From the NCBI GenBank assembly GCA_951406725.2, contig OX597816.1:161138001-161202000 (forward strand): a stretch of 64,000 nt of DNA, in the 5' to 3' direction. Below are positions 51,955 to 64,000 of this stretch, one piece after another (the first letter of the stretch is position 1; the number at the start of each line of letters is the position of its first letter). This stretch comes from Octopus vulgaris. Its lineage: Eukaryota. The notes under the pieces were generated by a model. The model did not search any database, was not told the origin of the DNA, and worked only from the letters and a program-made list of their open reading frames with translations. A program made the translations under genes and the position numbers.

Positions 51955-52230
51955 GTGAAGGTGTCTGGCTTAGTAGTGATGGTAGCCAACTCATGATTAT
52001 AAGGTTGTATTGTGTCCTTAAGCAAGACACTTTATTTCACATTGCTCCAGTCAACTCAGATGACAAAAACAAGCTGTACCTGTTAATTCTTTGTCACTTT
52101 CTGTGTCATGCTGAATCTCCTTGAGAAATACGTCTGTGGGGTGCTCAGCCATTTGCACATTTATTTCATGAGCGGGCTATATGTTAATTGGGCTAATGGG
52201 AACACTCACCATAACTGGCAGAGGGCCAGC
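51955..52230 (+). mobile_element. tRNA-derived SINE, family E, decayed
   Basis: tggcttagtag head, gtgtccttaagcaagacacttt CORE-like block, ttgctccagtcaactcag. Confidence 0.6.
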
Positions 52231-53478
52231 TTTTAGGAAACCTTCACTAAAAGACAGGGGTGTTTAGATAGCTGATTTTTTCGGTTGAGTGTTTTTCTCA
52301 AAGATCTTTCATCTTATTCTTTTGCCAAACCTTTCTTGTTTGGTATTGTTATATTTTTCATTGAGCGTGGAATTCTGATGGTTTGCTTCTTTCCTGGTAT
52401 CAGTATCTATAAATTGGTGTTCTACATTGTGAAAGAAGCAAACATAATTGTTAAACCAAGGCTATTATTTTAAAGCTAGATTTACGCAATAATGACGTTA
52501 GAAGCAATAAACCTTAATATTTCTGAAGTACATATTTTATCAGCCACAGATGTATGAAAGAAATGATACATACTAATAAGTAGATGTGAGTGTGTGAGTG
52601 TGTGTGTGTGTGTGCATGCATATATACATGATTGTTTTTTCCTTTCTTTGTTGTTGTTTTGCATTTTCTTTTGTTATGTTGATATGGATTCAATGGTTCT
52701 GAGATTTACAAATATCTATGTGTATCCTTTTACAATTGGATCCCATTTCAAGTACTAAATACTTTTATCTTGAAGTGGAGCTGTTATGTATATTCCAGCT
52801 GGATAGGCTCACATTTTACAAAACAAAGTACTTGCAAAATGAAAGTAACAATAACGCTACTAATTACAGATTCCGTTGGAGAAGTATACTTGCTAGTGCC
52901 ATGAGTAGGAATGTGGTTGCTTGAAGATGGGTGGCGATTTTATTGCTTTGATACAAGATCCTTTTTTGTAACAGGTTGGGTATGTATGTATATGTGCGTA
53001 AGTATGTAGATATGTATGTAGACATGTATGTGTGTATGCATGTGCCTATGTGTGTGCATACATGTATGTGTGTATGTCTGCATGAGGGTTATGTATGCAG
53101 GCATGAATATCTATTGTTATACACACACACACACACACAGGAATTTATCTGAAAGAGCATTATATTACACCAAGGTAGAAGTATATGTTTAGGGTGGGGC
53201 TGATGTGTGTGTAAGGGAGGGAAATGTAGCCCTTAAAACACTGCCAGTATCGTTGTTGCTGCAAATATATTTATCACTGGCGGTGTTGCCATCATCATCT
53301 TCATCATCATTGCTAGGCTATCATATGACCACATGAAAATAGGAACTTGTATGAGAAGAACAGTGTTGGAATGCTCAGATTTTGGCATTGAAGTTTACGT
53401 ATTTTTAAGCAAACGATTTCTGAAAATGTTGACCCCCCAAACAAAAGTGGCAATGCACACACACTCACTAACACACAT

Positions 53479-53543
<65 letters not shown>

Positions 53544-54155
53544 TATATATAGATATATAGATATCTATATACATGTGCATGCATATATGTGTCAGCAGTC
53601 CTTGCCTGTTTTCATGGAAGGTAATATTTTTCATGGTTAGATTTGTTTTCACAGAAGACTGGAAAGAAAGGACACTGCTTATGTGACAATAACACTTGTT
53701 TACAACTAAGACAAGGAGACATTCACACACACAGAGAATCACATAACATATATGTGATATATATATATATATATATATATATCAAAACAAAGTCAAAGAG
53801 CTGCTGAAGTAAAATACTCAATATCTTTTCTAATATTTTATAAATTTCTGTCATATATCACCTAATCCTTCTTGAGACTGGATATTATCTTGGCTTCTGA
53901 AACCATAAAGCAGTTTATTTTACTGGTGCTAACTCTACTTTGGGAGAAGAGGATGGAAGAGATGCAAAATAGGAAGAGGATGAAGTATCAAGAGTAGAAT
54001 ACTTGTTGCAGGAATAGGTTTGAAGAGCAAGTGCATACATGGAAGTAGGCAGTCAAGGGTTCATAGGTCAGTTCCTAAATAAGGCCTTTGTATTAGGCCT
54101 AGGTTTTACAAGGGTGAGCAGAAGAGCTCTCAGAAACTACTTGGAGACTGCAGAC

Positions 54156-54609
54156 ATCATCATCATCATCATCGTTTAACATCTGCTTTCCATGTTGGTA
54201 TGGGTTGGATGGTTTGACTGAGGGCTGGCAAGCCAGAAGGCTGCACCAGTCTCCAATCCGATTTGGCAATGTTTCTGCAACTGGATACCCTTCCTAACGC
54301 CAACCACTCTGAGTGTGTAGTGGGTGCTTTTTATGTGCCACCGGCATGAGGGCCAGTCAGGCAGTACCAGTATTGGACACACTTGAATGGTGCTTTTTAT
54401 GTGCCACTGACACTGGAGCTAGTCAGGTGGCACTGACAACAACCATGCTCAAATGGTGCTCTTTACATGCCACTGGCACGGGACCAGTCAGCCAACACTG
54501 ACATCGACCACGCTTGAATGGTGCCTTCTATATACCACTGGCATGGGAACCAGTCAGGCAACACTGTCAACGATCACACCCAAATGGTGCTTTTTACCTG
54601 CCACCGGCA
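54156..54609 (-). mobile_element. family A LINE 3' fragment with five tandem ~65-bp units
   Basis: ggtgctttttatgtgccac-type repeats at about 54323, 54389, 54455, 54520 and 54586. Confidence 0.85.
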
Positions 54610-55113
54610 ATACATCTATATGACTCTGGTTAAGAAGAAAAGACCCCTGTGGGGTCAGTAGAATGTCACTTGAATACAAACCAAGGGTTGATTAATCTCA
54701 CTTGGGTCACCTGTTTCAGGGTGGTTGTAAGACCTGAAACATCTAGTATTTCCCATATACAGACATTGTGTCCAAATATTGCATTCAGAGATGAATGAAA
54801 AACTAAATATGTGTGCGTGTATGTGTGTGTACATACATACACATAAACACACAAACTTGTTGTTTTTATCAGCTTAAAACTGTCTTTTATCAGCTTAATT
54901 CTGGTGGTAATTTCAATCTGTATAACTCTGTTTTGAGTTTGTTTTGCATCATTTTTGTCAGAAATTTTGTTAAAATTTGTCTTTGCTTATTGATTTAGTT
55001 TATCATATTCTCATGTGTATTGAAAAATCTTTAACAGATGTCAATGTTAGAATATGAAAAACTATTTTGTTATGTGTGTTTTATTGAAAAGGAAGAGGCT
55101 GATGATAAACAAC

Positions 55114-55167
<54 letters not shown>

Positions 55168-55759
55168 CATTATTATTATTGTGATGATGATGATGATGAT
55201 GATGATGATGTGGTGGTGGTGAGGGGGGGAGGAAGAGGAGGAGGATAGCCATGATATTGTTGCTTCTACAAATGATGGTACTGTTGGCAGAGTTGCTAGG
55301 TTAGAGGACAACATAAGTCAGTCAATACTGCAGTTAAGTGTTTTGTTTTATATATACACAGCACAGTGTCTCTGCTAACCCTTTAGCTGGTAACATAACT
55401 GTTTGATAGTTGAAGCTATTATGCTGTTGCATAAACAGCCTGCCATCACCCATGGGTGAGTATGGCTTAGTACTATGTTCCATGCTTTCGTTGATTGTAT
55501 TAGTTACCAATGTAGTTAGTCTCAAGCAGACATAGACATCCTCTTGACTAGAGATTCTCAACTGCAGCTCCCAGGGGCGCATGTGGCCTTCAAGCATCTT
55601 TCTGGATGCCCTTGACAGTTTTCCCTCTATAAATATAATAAATTTTCCTTTAATTGACTTGTGTTTTACTTTTTTTTGGTGTGGTACCCTAAAACAATTC
55701 AGGTTTTGGATTTGGCTCAGATATCAAAAAGGTTGACAACCATTGCTCTTGACTCTCCA

Positions 55760-55930
55760 CCAGCACTTAGGGAAAAATGCTTAGTGGCATTTCATCCGTT
55801 TTTATGTTCTGACTTCAAATTCCATCTAGGTCAACTTTGCTTTTCATCCTTTTGGATACCAGTTGACTTCTGGGGATGATGTAATCAACTTATCTCCTCC
55901 CCTGAAATTACTGGCTTTGTGCCAGAAACT
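55760..55930 (+). mobile_element. family C SINE, decayed
   Basis: aaatgcttagtggcatttcatcc...caactttgcttttcatccttt. Confidence 0.7.
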
Positions 55931-56388
55931 TATATTACAGAGAAGTATGCTTATATTAAAGAGACGTATGCCATATATAGAATAAATCTGTCACTATGTT
56001 GCTCTACATTCAAGTAATCACACTCAATACTTTCTGTCTTCATTACAAGGTTTTATTTGTTCATTCCTGAACTTCTTGATCCATAATATGATTCCATTTT
56101 GGAGCTTGTGGAATGATTTCTGTTTCTTGTCAGTAATCTGTACAAGACTATGAAAATAACATAATTTATTTTGCTAACTCAGTATCATTGAACCTACATA
56201 ATATCTGTTTGAATTTTTCTCTTTTTCCTCCCCACCGCCCAATAAAAATTAGGTTGACTTGAATAAATGTAATTACAACTGGTCCTGTCAGGACAGTTGT
56301 TAGGAAATCTGAGTCACCACCAGTGACATTCAGAATTCCTTCCTTGCTTCATTATGGTAAACCATTTTGGTCAAATGTTATTCCTTAC

Positions 56389-56465
56389 CGCCCATCAACT
56401 GCAGGATTCATAATTACAGGATACTTCTGATATATAAACCTAATGATTTTACATACTGAGTTCAT
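56389..56465 (-). CDS. weak candidate coding exon, MNSVCKIIRFIYQKYPVIMNPAVDG
   Basis: Open frame ending at a strong donor CG|gtaagg; unique sequence; no recognisable homology. Confidence 0.25.
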
Positions 56466-57394
56466 ACCATACGCTGTTGAAAAGCTATCGGATCTATAAT
56501 TTTTTTTTTTTTCCCAGTTAGAACTGCCATGATGACTCAGTCTGTAGAATCTTAAAACTGCTTAATGCTAAGTGTAACACAAGACTATGATTACTCATTT
56601 ATATGATAAGGTGATGTTAAGAACATTTCTTGAACAGTGTAGATGGGATTGTAAAGGGATTATTTCCAATAAGTCTTATTCATAAATATCCAACGGTTTC
56701 TCAGTTCTCTAGAGAGAATGCAACAATTATGCTTGAAGCAAATTAAAATAGAATGAAATGTCTGATTCAGCAATGCCCCAATCCATTTGCATTTAGGAGG
56801 AAATGGTAATTTGGAATCTTAGTCTACAATAAAGCTATTCCTTATTTGCAAATCTCTCTAATCAAAACTTGAAGATAAATACTTTTCTTCTTTTAACTAA
56901 AAATTATTTTGTATCCATCTGTTTTATGGTTGTATTGAACTTCAATGTAATTTGTTTATATTTGTGTAAATTATTTTATATCCAGTTGTCATGGTTACTT
57001 CTCACATATTCTAATGGATAAATAACAAAATCATGGCTCTGTTGTTTTAAATTCTAGCTCTTATATTGATTTGAACTTTCACCATAGCGACAAATTCTTG
57101 AATTTATAAAAATTATGATATTTAAATCAATAAATAGACAAGATAATTAGACAAAAAATTCACTATATCAATTGGTATAAATTTTACAAGAGCTGGTTGT
57201 GTTTTCATTACAAATATGTATTTTGTTTATTCTTTATCCATATTAACATATTTTTTAAAAAGTTTTAATCACACAACCTAACTCTAGTCTTTCTTTAGTC
57301 TACTTCATCTTAATTCTTTTTAACTCTACCACACCTCACTTCATTTGATTATCCTCTGTAGTTAGCTATGCAGTAGTAATATTTTAATATACCA

Positions 57395-57999
57395 ATGTTA
57401 GCATGCTGGGTGAAATACTTAGCGGTATTTCGTCTGTCTTTACATTCTGAGTTTAAATTCTGCTGAGGTTGACTTTGCATTTCATCCTTTCGGGGTCGAT
57501 AAATTAAGTACCAGTTGCATACTGGGGTTGATCTAATCGACTGGCCCTCCCTCCCCCAAAAGTTTGGGCCTTGTGCCTAGAGTAGAAAAGAATATTTTAA
57601 TCTACCACACACATAGGTGCAGGCATGGCTGTGTGGTAAGAAGTTTGCTTCTTAACCACATGGTTCCAGGTTCAGTCCAACTGTATGGCAACTTGGGCAA
57701 ATGTCTTCTACTATAACTTCAGGCTGACCAAAGCCTTGTGAGTGAATTTGGTAGACAGAATCTGAAAGAATTCCATTGTGTGCCCATATGTGTGTGTTTG
57801 TTTGTGGTTCTTTGTGTCTGTGTTTGTCTCCCACAACTACTTGACAACCAGTATTGGTTTCTTGACATCCTGTGACTTAGCAGTTTGGCAAAAGCGACCT
57901 ATAGAATAAGTACCAGGCTTACAAAAAAAAGTACTGGGGTAAAATCCTTCAAGGTGGTGCCCCAGCATGGCCACAGTCTAATGACTAAAGCAAGTAAAA
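57395..57999 (+). mobile_element. family C SINE (57395-57592) followed by family B SINE (57615-57999)
   Basis: ttcatcctttcggggtcgataaattaagtaccagt; then the family B head, CORE-like block and tail. Confidence 0.85.
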
Positions 58000-58104
58000 C
58001 ATACACAAATATGAATATTATTGTTTATATATTAGAAATTCATGTTGTTATAACTCTGAGGATTAGGGAATTTTAACTTTTACCATTATCAGCAGGAACA
58101 GCAA

Positions 58105-58332
58105 CATTTAATATCCATTTTTCTATACTTGCATGGGTCAAACAGAACCTGCTGTGGTAGATTTTCTGTGGCCCAGTGGCCCTTCCTGTCTCCAACCCTT
58201 GCCTCCTATTTCCAAGCAAGGTAATATTTTCCCATAGCTTGACATATTTTCATGGAAGACTGGAAACAAACAACGTTGCTTGTATGATGAGGATATTTGT
58301 TTACAACCATCATATAATGTCTAGATGAGTAT

Positions 58333-58377
<45 letters not shown>

Positions 58378-58832
58378 AGGCTTCTTTAGGCTTCTTTCAG
58401 TTTCTTATTTCTTTATTGCCCACAAGGGGCTAAACATAGAGGGGACAAACAAGGACAGACAGATGGATTAAGTCGAATATATTGACTCCAGTGCGTAACT
58501 GGTACTTAATTTATCGACCCTGAAAGGATGAAAGGCAAAGTCAACCCCGGTGGAATTTGAACTCAGAATGTAACGGCAGATGAAATACCACTAAGTATTT
58601 CGCCGATTTTTTTTTTTTTTGCTCAGAACATTTAACTTAATACAAATCACAGATTTCAGAAGTGTCCCAAGAGGTCATCACAGCAAGGCTTCTTTCAGTT
58701 TCTGTCAACTAAATCCACTCACAAGGCTTAGGAGTATAGTAGAAGACATGTGTCCACGGTGCCATGAACTGGGATTGAATCCAAGAAAACATGATTGGAA
58801 AGTAAGCCTCTTAACCACACAGCCACACCTGT
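58105..58832 (-). mobile_element. family B head/F tail SINE with a nested family C SINE (58404-58605)
   Basis: F tail 58105-58330, (CA)n, ggcttctttcagtttc duplicated either side of the insertion, B head 58685-58832. Confidence 0.75.
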
Positions 58833-58857
58833 ATACTACAATACTTCTAAAACAATT

Positions 58858-59072
58858 AAGGTAACAAGCTGGCAGAATCATTAACATGCCAGACAAAATG
58901 CTAAAAGGCATTTCATCCATCTTTACGTTCTGAGTCCAAATTCCATCAAGGTTGACTTTGCCCTTCATCTTTCAGGGGTTGATAAAATAAGTACCATTTG
59001 AGCACTGGGGTTGATGTAATTGACATAGCCCCTCTCAAAATTGCTGGCCTTGTGCCAGAATTTGAAACCAAT
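58858..59072 (+). mobile_element. family C SINE
   Basis: gctggcagaatc...gttgactttgcccttcatctttcaggggttgataaaataagtacc. Confidence 0.8.
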
Positions 59073-59934
59073 ATCTCTAAAGCAGTTAATGTTACAGTCA
59101 ATGTTTACTAGCTCCTAACAATTTACGTTATCTTTTGTTTTTGTTTTTTTGTTTTTTGTCTCTTTATTTATGCTGCTTCAATCAATATATTCTCTGATTA
59201 TATTCTAGCACTTTATTTCTATATGCAGATATATCCTTTGGCTGGATTTGATCTCAGATGTTTAATTTCTAATGCAGAATTTCATTATTCTTCTACACTA
59301 TGCCACAAACCCTATAAGGCAGATGTCAAATTCGGTATTTTTAATTTCACTTTGTTAACAGAAACCATATTGAGCTTTATAGCCTGTGCTAGGTTTATTG
59401 ATTGGGTTCTCAGTGGTATATATACTGCCAATTTGGTTTTTCTTAGATTCCACTGTGATTCTTTGTCCAGAGTGGAAACTTCATACACTAACAATGTGAT
59501 TTTTTTTCCATTTTAACAACATATATACCTTATTTATTTATTCTATTCTATTCTTGACTTTCTTCTATGATCAGAAAATTTCCATTCCGATCTTTTGCGT
59601 TAAACATATTCCTACATTACAAGACATTCAACAAACACATGGCATCTTATAAATGCACTTCTATAATTGCATAACTCCTGGATAGATGTTTTTTAACTCT
59701 AATGAGATATCTGTAGAGCATAGTCGCATGTCAGAATTCTATCTTGATGTTATTGTTTATGCAGATTCTTTCTCTCTCCTCAGTCACACCATTACAGTAG
59801 TGCAGTAAGTACACAGATATGTAGCTTTTGACCTTCCATAATTCTATAGATCGGATGAAGCTTTCATCATTTCTAGTGGATAATTTGTTTGCCGTGACTA
59901 TTTTTTCAGTTGAAGTAATTTTTTTATTTATTTT

Positions 59935-60646
59935 TTTCTTGTTCCAATCATTAGACTGCGACCATGCTGGGGCACCACCTTGAAGAATTTTAGTTAAACA
60001 AATCAGCCCCAGTGTTTATTTTTGTTTTTTAAACCTGGTACTTGTTCTATTGGTCTCTTTTGCCAAACCACTAAGTTACAGGGACATAAACTCACCAACA
60101 CTGGTTGTCAAGCAGTGGTGGGGCACAAACACAGACACAAAGACAATGCACATATATATACACACACAACGTAAAAAGCACTATCCGACTCGTGGCCGAT
60201 GCCAGCACCGCCTCGACTGGCTTCCGTGCCGGTGGCACATAAAATACACCAATCCGACCGTGGCCGTTGCCAGCCTCGCCTGGCACCTGTGCAGGTGGCA
60301 CGTAAAAAGCACCCACTACACTCACGGAGTGGTTGGCATTAGGAAGGGCATCCAGCTGTAGAAACATTGCCAGATTAGACTGGAGCCTGGTGCAGCCTTC
60401 TGGCTTCCCAGAACCCCGGTCAAACCGTCCAACCCATGCTAGCATGGAGAACGGACGTTAAACGATGATGATGATGATGATGACAACAGGCTTCTCTCAG
60501 TTTCTTTTTACCAAACCTATTCACAAAGCTTTGGTCAGCTCAGAGCTATAGTAGAAGACTCTGGCCGAAAGTGCCATGCAGTGGGACTGAACCTGGAACC
60601 ATGTGGTTGGGAAGCAAACTCCTTACCACACAGCCATGCTTGCACC
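59935..60646 (-). mobile_element. family B SINE interrupted by a plus-strand family A insertion (60169-60482)
   Basis: B tail 59935-60165, B head 60488-60646; ACAAC flanks the insertion on both sides. Confidence 0.85.
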
Positions 60647-60717
60647 CGAATAAGTAATGCTTTTTAACATGATTGATATTCCAGATTCCATGGGCTTGTA
60701 TATGTTATAAGTTGTTC

Positions 60718-61913
60718 ATCATCATGATCATCGTCATTATCATTTAATGCCCATGTTTTCTGCTGGCATGGGTTGGATAGTTTAATGGGATGAGACAAGT
60801 TCAAGGACTGCATCATGCTCCAGTGTCTGCTTCGTCATGGTTTCTACAACCGGATACCCTTTCCCAATGCCAACCACTTTACAACATGTGCTGAGTGATT
60901 TTTTCATATCATCTAGCATTAGTGAGGTCACCATGCTGCTTGCAAGACTTCAAACTCAGTGGGGTTGACTTTACCTTTGGAGATGAGGAGTAAAGGTATA
61001 AGAGAAGGGCCAGATCAGAATAGGCTTCTTGCAGGGGAGAAGCTACATGAGTACTCACATTTTAGAATTGAGGGTGGTAGTGATTGAGGTAGAGCTGGAA
61101 AGAGATAGAATACTGATGATGAGGTGTCTAGATGGACCTTGAATGCCCACATATACATATACATACATATCATCATCATCATCATCATCATTTAGCGTCC
61201 GTTTTCCATGCTAGCATGGGTTGGACGGTTCAACTGGGGTCTGTGAAGCTGGAAGGCTTTATCAGGCCCAGTCAGATCTGGCAGTGTTTCTACGGCTGGA
61301 TGCCCTTCCTAACGCCAACCACTCATATATATATATATTTATATATATATATATATGTATATATTGAATGGAATTTGTTTAAGTAAATTGATGTCTATAT
61401 ATTAATTTCTCCATTTTTTTTTCTCATACAAGAATATTTATATACACATATCCATCTATGTGAAACTAACATCTTTGGTTTTTCACTGAAGCACTGGATA
61501 TAACCAGGGAACTTGGATGGTAACATCCCTTTGAGAGGATTTGATATCCTTGATGTAATTATATACATATATATTTAATGATCATCACTTAACATCCGTT
61601 TTCCATGCTGACATGTGTTGGACGGTTTGACAGGTACTGGCTAGGCAGAAAACTGTACCAGGCTTCATTGCTTCATTGTCTGTGTTGGCATGGTTTTTAC
61701 AGCTGGATGCCCTTCCTAACATCAACCACTATATATATATATATATATATGGCATTAGGAAGGGCATCCAGCTGTAGAAACACTGCCAGATCAGACTGGG
61801 CCTGGTGTAGCCTTCTGGCTGCCCAGACCCCAGTTGAACCGTCCAACCCATGCTAGCATGGAAAGCGGACGTTAAACGATGATGATAATGATGATGATGA
61901 TGATGATGATGAT
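60718..61913. mobile_element. cluster of family A 3' fragments: 60718-60950(-), 61169-61323(-), 61582-61730(-), 61750-61913(+)
   Basis: Shared ggaagggcatccagctgtag-type block and (GAT)n tails in both orientations. Confidence 0.8.
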
Positions 61914-62214
61914 ATATATATATATATATTTATGTGCATATGTGTGTGTGTGTTATGTTGAGAATAGATGATGAGAATAGACTGGACTACTACATATATA
62001 AATAGTAGTGGTCTGATATAGTTGGTAGTTTGTAGTTTGGTCTTCGAAGTCTAGGTTACTGCCGCTCTTTCTATTTTGTAGTCTTATAACACTGTTACAG
62101 TGTATTCTTTACCTATAGTTGACAATATCAACTGTACTACAATATTGGAGGTATAAGGATGCAACAGTGTGTGTGTATATGGGGTAAGTCAAAAATTATA
62201 CATGCTCATGTTTC

Positions 62215-62663
62215 TGTTAAAAGTAGACCTCAGCAGAATTTGAACTCTGAACATAAAGACAGACGAAATACTGCTAAGCATTTCACCTGGCGTGCTAATG
62301 TTTCTGCTAGCTCACCACCTATAATAGGCATAATATTCTTTTCTACTCTAAGTACAAGGCCCAAAATTTTGGGGGAGGGGGCCAGTTGATTAAATTGACC
62401 CTAGTATGCAACTGGTACTTAATTTATCAACCCCCAAAAAATGAAAGGCAAAGTCAAACTCGGCCGAATTTGAACTCAGAATGTAGAGACAGACGAAACA
62501 CCACTAAGCATTTCGCCTGGCATGCTAACATTTCTGCCAGCATACCGCCTTAGCTGAAATAAATATTGTGAAACATTCTGTCCAATGTAACATAGATAGC
62601 CAGAAGAAATGCCACTTAAGCCTTTTCTTCTAACATGCTAATGATTCTGCCAGCTTGCTACCT
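62215..62663 (-). mobile_element. three tandem family C SINE copies or fragments
   Basis: gaatttgaactc...ctaagcatttc.cctgg..tgctaa...tctgc motifs repeated. Confidence 0.8.
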
Positions 62664-63574
62664 TGACCAGCCTGGTAATAATCTTACTATAATGGGCATT
62701 ATGTCTGTCTGTCTGTGTACTCTTCACAGTCAAACAGCTGAACTAATGGTCACAATGTTTTTCAGGATTACGAAGGAGGTAATCTGGAAAAAATGTGAAA
62801 AAGTATGATTGTTTAGTAGATATTGAGTTTCGTATTAATAAATCACCTTTGATTGTTTTCTGTTAAAATTCCGGTGATGAGGATTAAATCTGGATTTCTC
62901 CACCGTATAGTTCATGAATTTAGAGCGCTTATTTCTCATCATAGATTGGCAGATTCCTAAAGATTCCACCCATGCATTCACAGTAAACAAGGCACAGGGC
63001 CAAATTTTAGATTGTGTTGGTGTATTTTTACATCACTATGAGTAGAACAACAGACTCCAGTAATTTGTAAATTAGTGTCGACCAAACAGAAAATATCATC
63101 AGCAAAAAAGTTTTGTAATCATATATCAATATGAAAGGAATATGATTCATAATTTAAATATAAAAATGTTTGAACTTTGAATGTATAAGAATATAAACAA
63201 GTCTAAAATAGTGTAAACAACTAAAATAAAAGTATATCTAAATAACATTTTTTCTTAATACTTTTTATGTAGTGGTCAAAGGAAGCTCTGGCTTTAATTA
63301 GGAGTGGTCCACATAATCATTCATGATACAGAGGCTGGGAGCTTATTTCAGTTCAGGAGTGAATCGTCATCACATATCACTTATTCGCAAACACATGTCA
63401 TATAGCTGCAATAGAATGCTGTATCACCAACAATAATGTGATTTCTCTAAGACCATCACCCAGTAATCTATCAAGTCCATTTACACATTTCTCAATACAT
63501 ACTGCTGTTATGACTTCCCTCCCTCAATTTATGCCTCCATCGTAGATGGGTAGATTTTCAAGTAATAATAATCC

Positions 63575-63997
63575 TTTCTAGGCCTGAAATTTTGTGGGAG
63601 GGGACTAGTGAATTGCATCGACCCCAATCTGTCACTGGTACTTAATTTATCAGCTCCTAGAGAGGTTAAAAGACAAAGTTGACCTCAGCAGAATTTGAAC
63701 TCAAAACTTAAAATTGGATGAAATGCTACTAAGCGTTTTGCCTGTCATGCTAACAATTCTGCCAGCTTGCCATCTTGGCCACCCTGATTGTTTCTGATAT
63801 AAGCAGAAGGTTAGAAATCTAAGGGAAAGAGGTTAGTTGGTTACGTTTACCTCAGTGCTTGACTGGTACTTTATTTTATCAACCTTGAAAGGATGAACAA
63901 TGAAGTTGACCTAGGCAAGATTTGAACTCAAAATGTAAAGAGCCGGAAGCAATACTGCAAAGCATTTCTTCTGATGCTTTAACGATTCTGCCAGCAA
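63575..63997 (-). mobile_element. two family C SINEs
   Basis: actggtactt..tttatca...aagttgacct....a..atttgaactcaaaa. Confidence 0.8.
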
Positions 63998-64000
63998 TAA

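Noticed and set aside
54320-54609. CRISPR-like array (25-bp palindromic repeats with ~40-bp spacers)
   Set aside because: The spacers are homologous to each other, the array lies inside a dispersed LINE 3'UTR, the DNA is eukaryotic, and there are no cas genes.
59223-59516. 97-aa ORF in unique sequence
   Set aside because: No motif, no convincing splice sites, and a length expected by chance.

Overview
AT-rich, microsatellite-dense eukaryotic genomic DNA. The repeat families match my recollection of Octopus interspersed repeats; this is recognition, not a database result. No long real ORF is present, and nearly all ORFs in the supplied track are translations of microsatellites or repeats. The window looks intronic or intergenic. 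It is dominated by: (A) 5'-truncated 3' ends of an RTE-type LINE with a (GAT)n tail, whose 3'UTR holds tandem units that can fold as H-type pseudoknots; (B) a tRNA/CORE-type SINE with a central microsatellite; (C) a Deu/Nin-domain SINE; Penelope-like element (PLE) remnants, one with a GIY-YIG C-terminus, five sharing a minimal hammerhead-like motif with U at core position 6; an L2/CR1-group LINE remnant (YADD); and decayed maT (DD37D), mariner, hAT, piggyBac, Tc1/pogo and Helentron-like DNA elements. Two small plus-strand exons (9167-9250, 10607-10666) and several minus-strand exon candidates suggest host gene(s) that I cannot identify. The best leads are the U6 hammerhead variant, the LINE pseudoknot array, PLE-type fold-back palindromes and a pre-miRNA-like hairpin at 44044-44117. 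Repeat boundaries are approximate unless a TSD or TIR is quoted.
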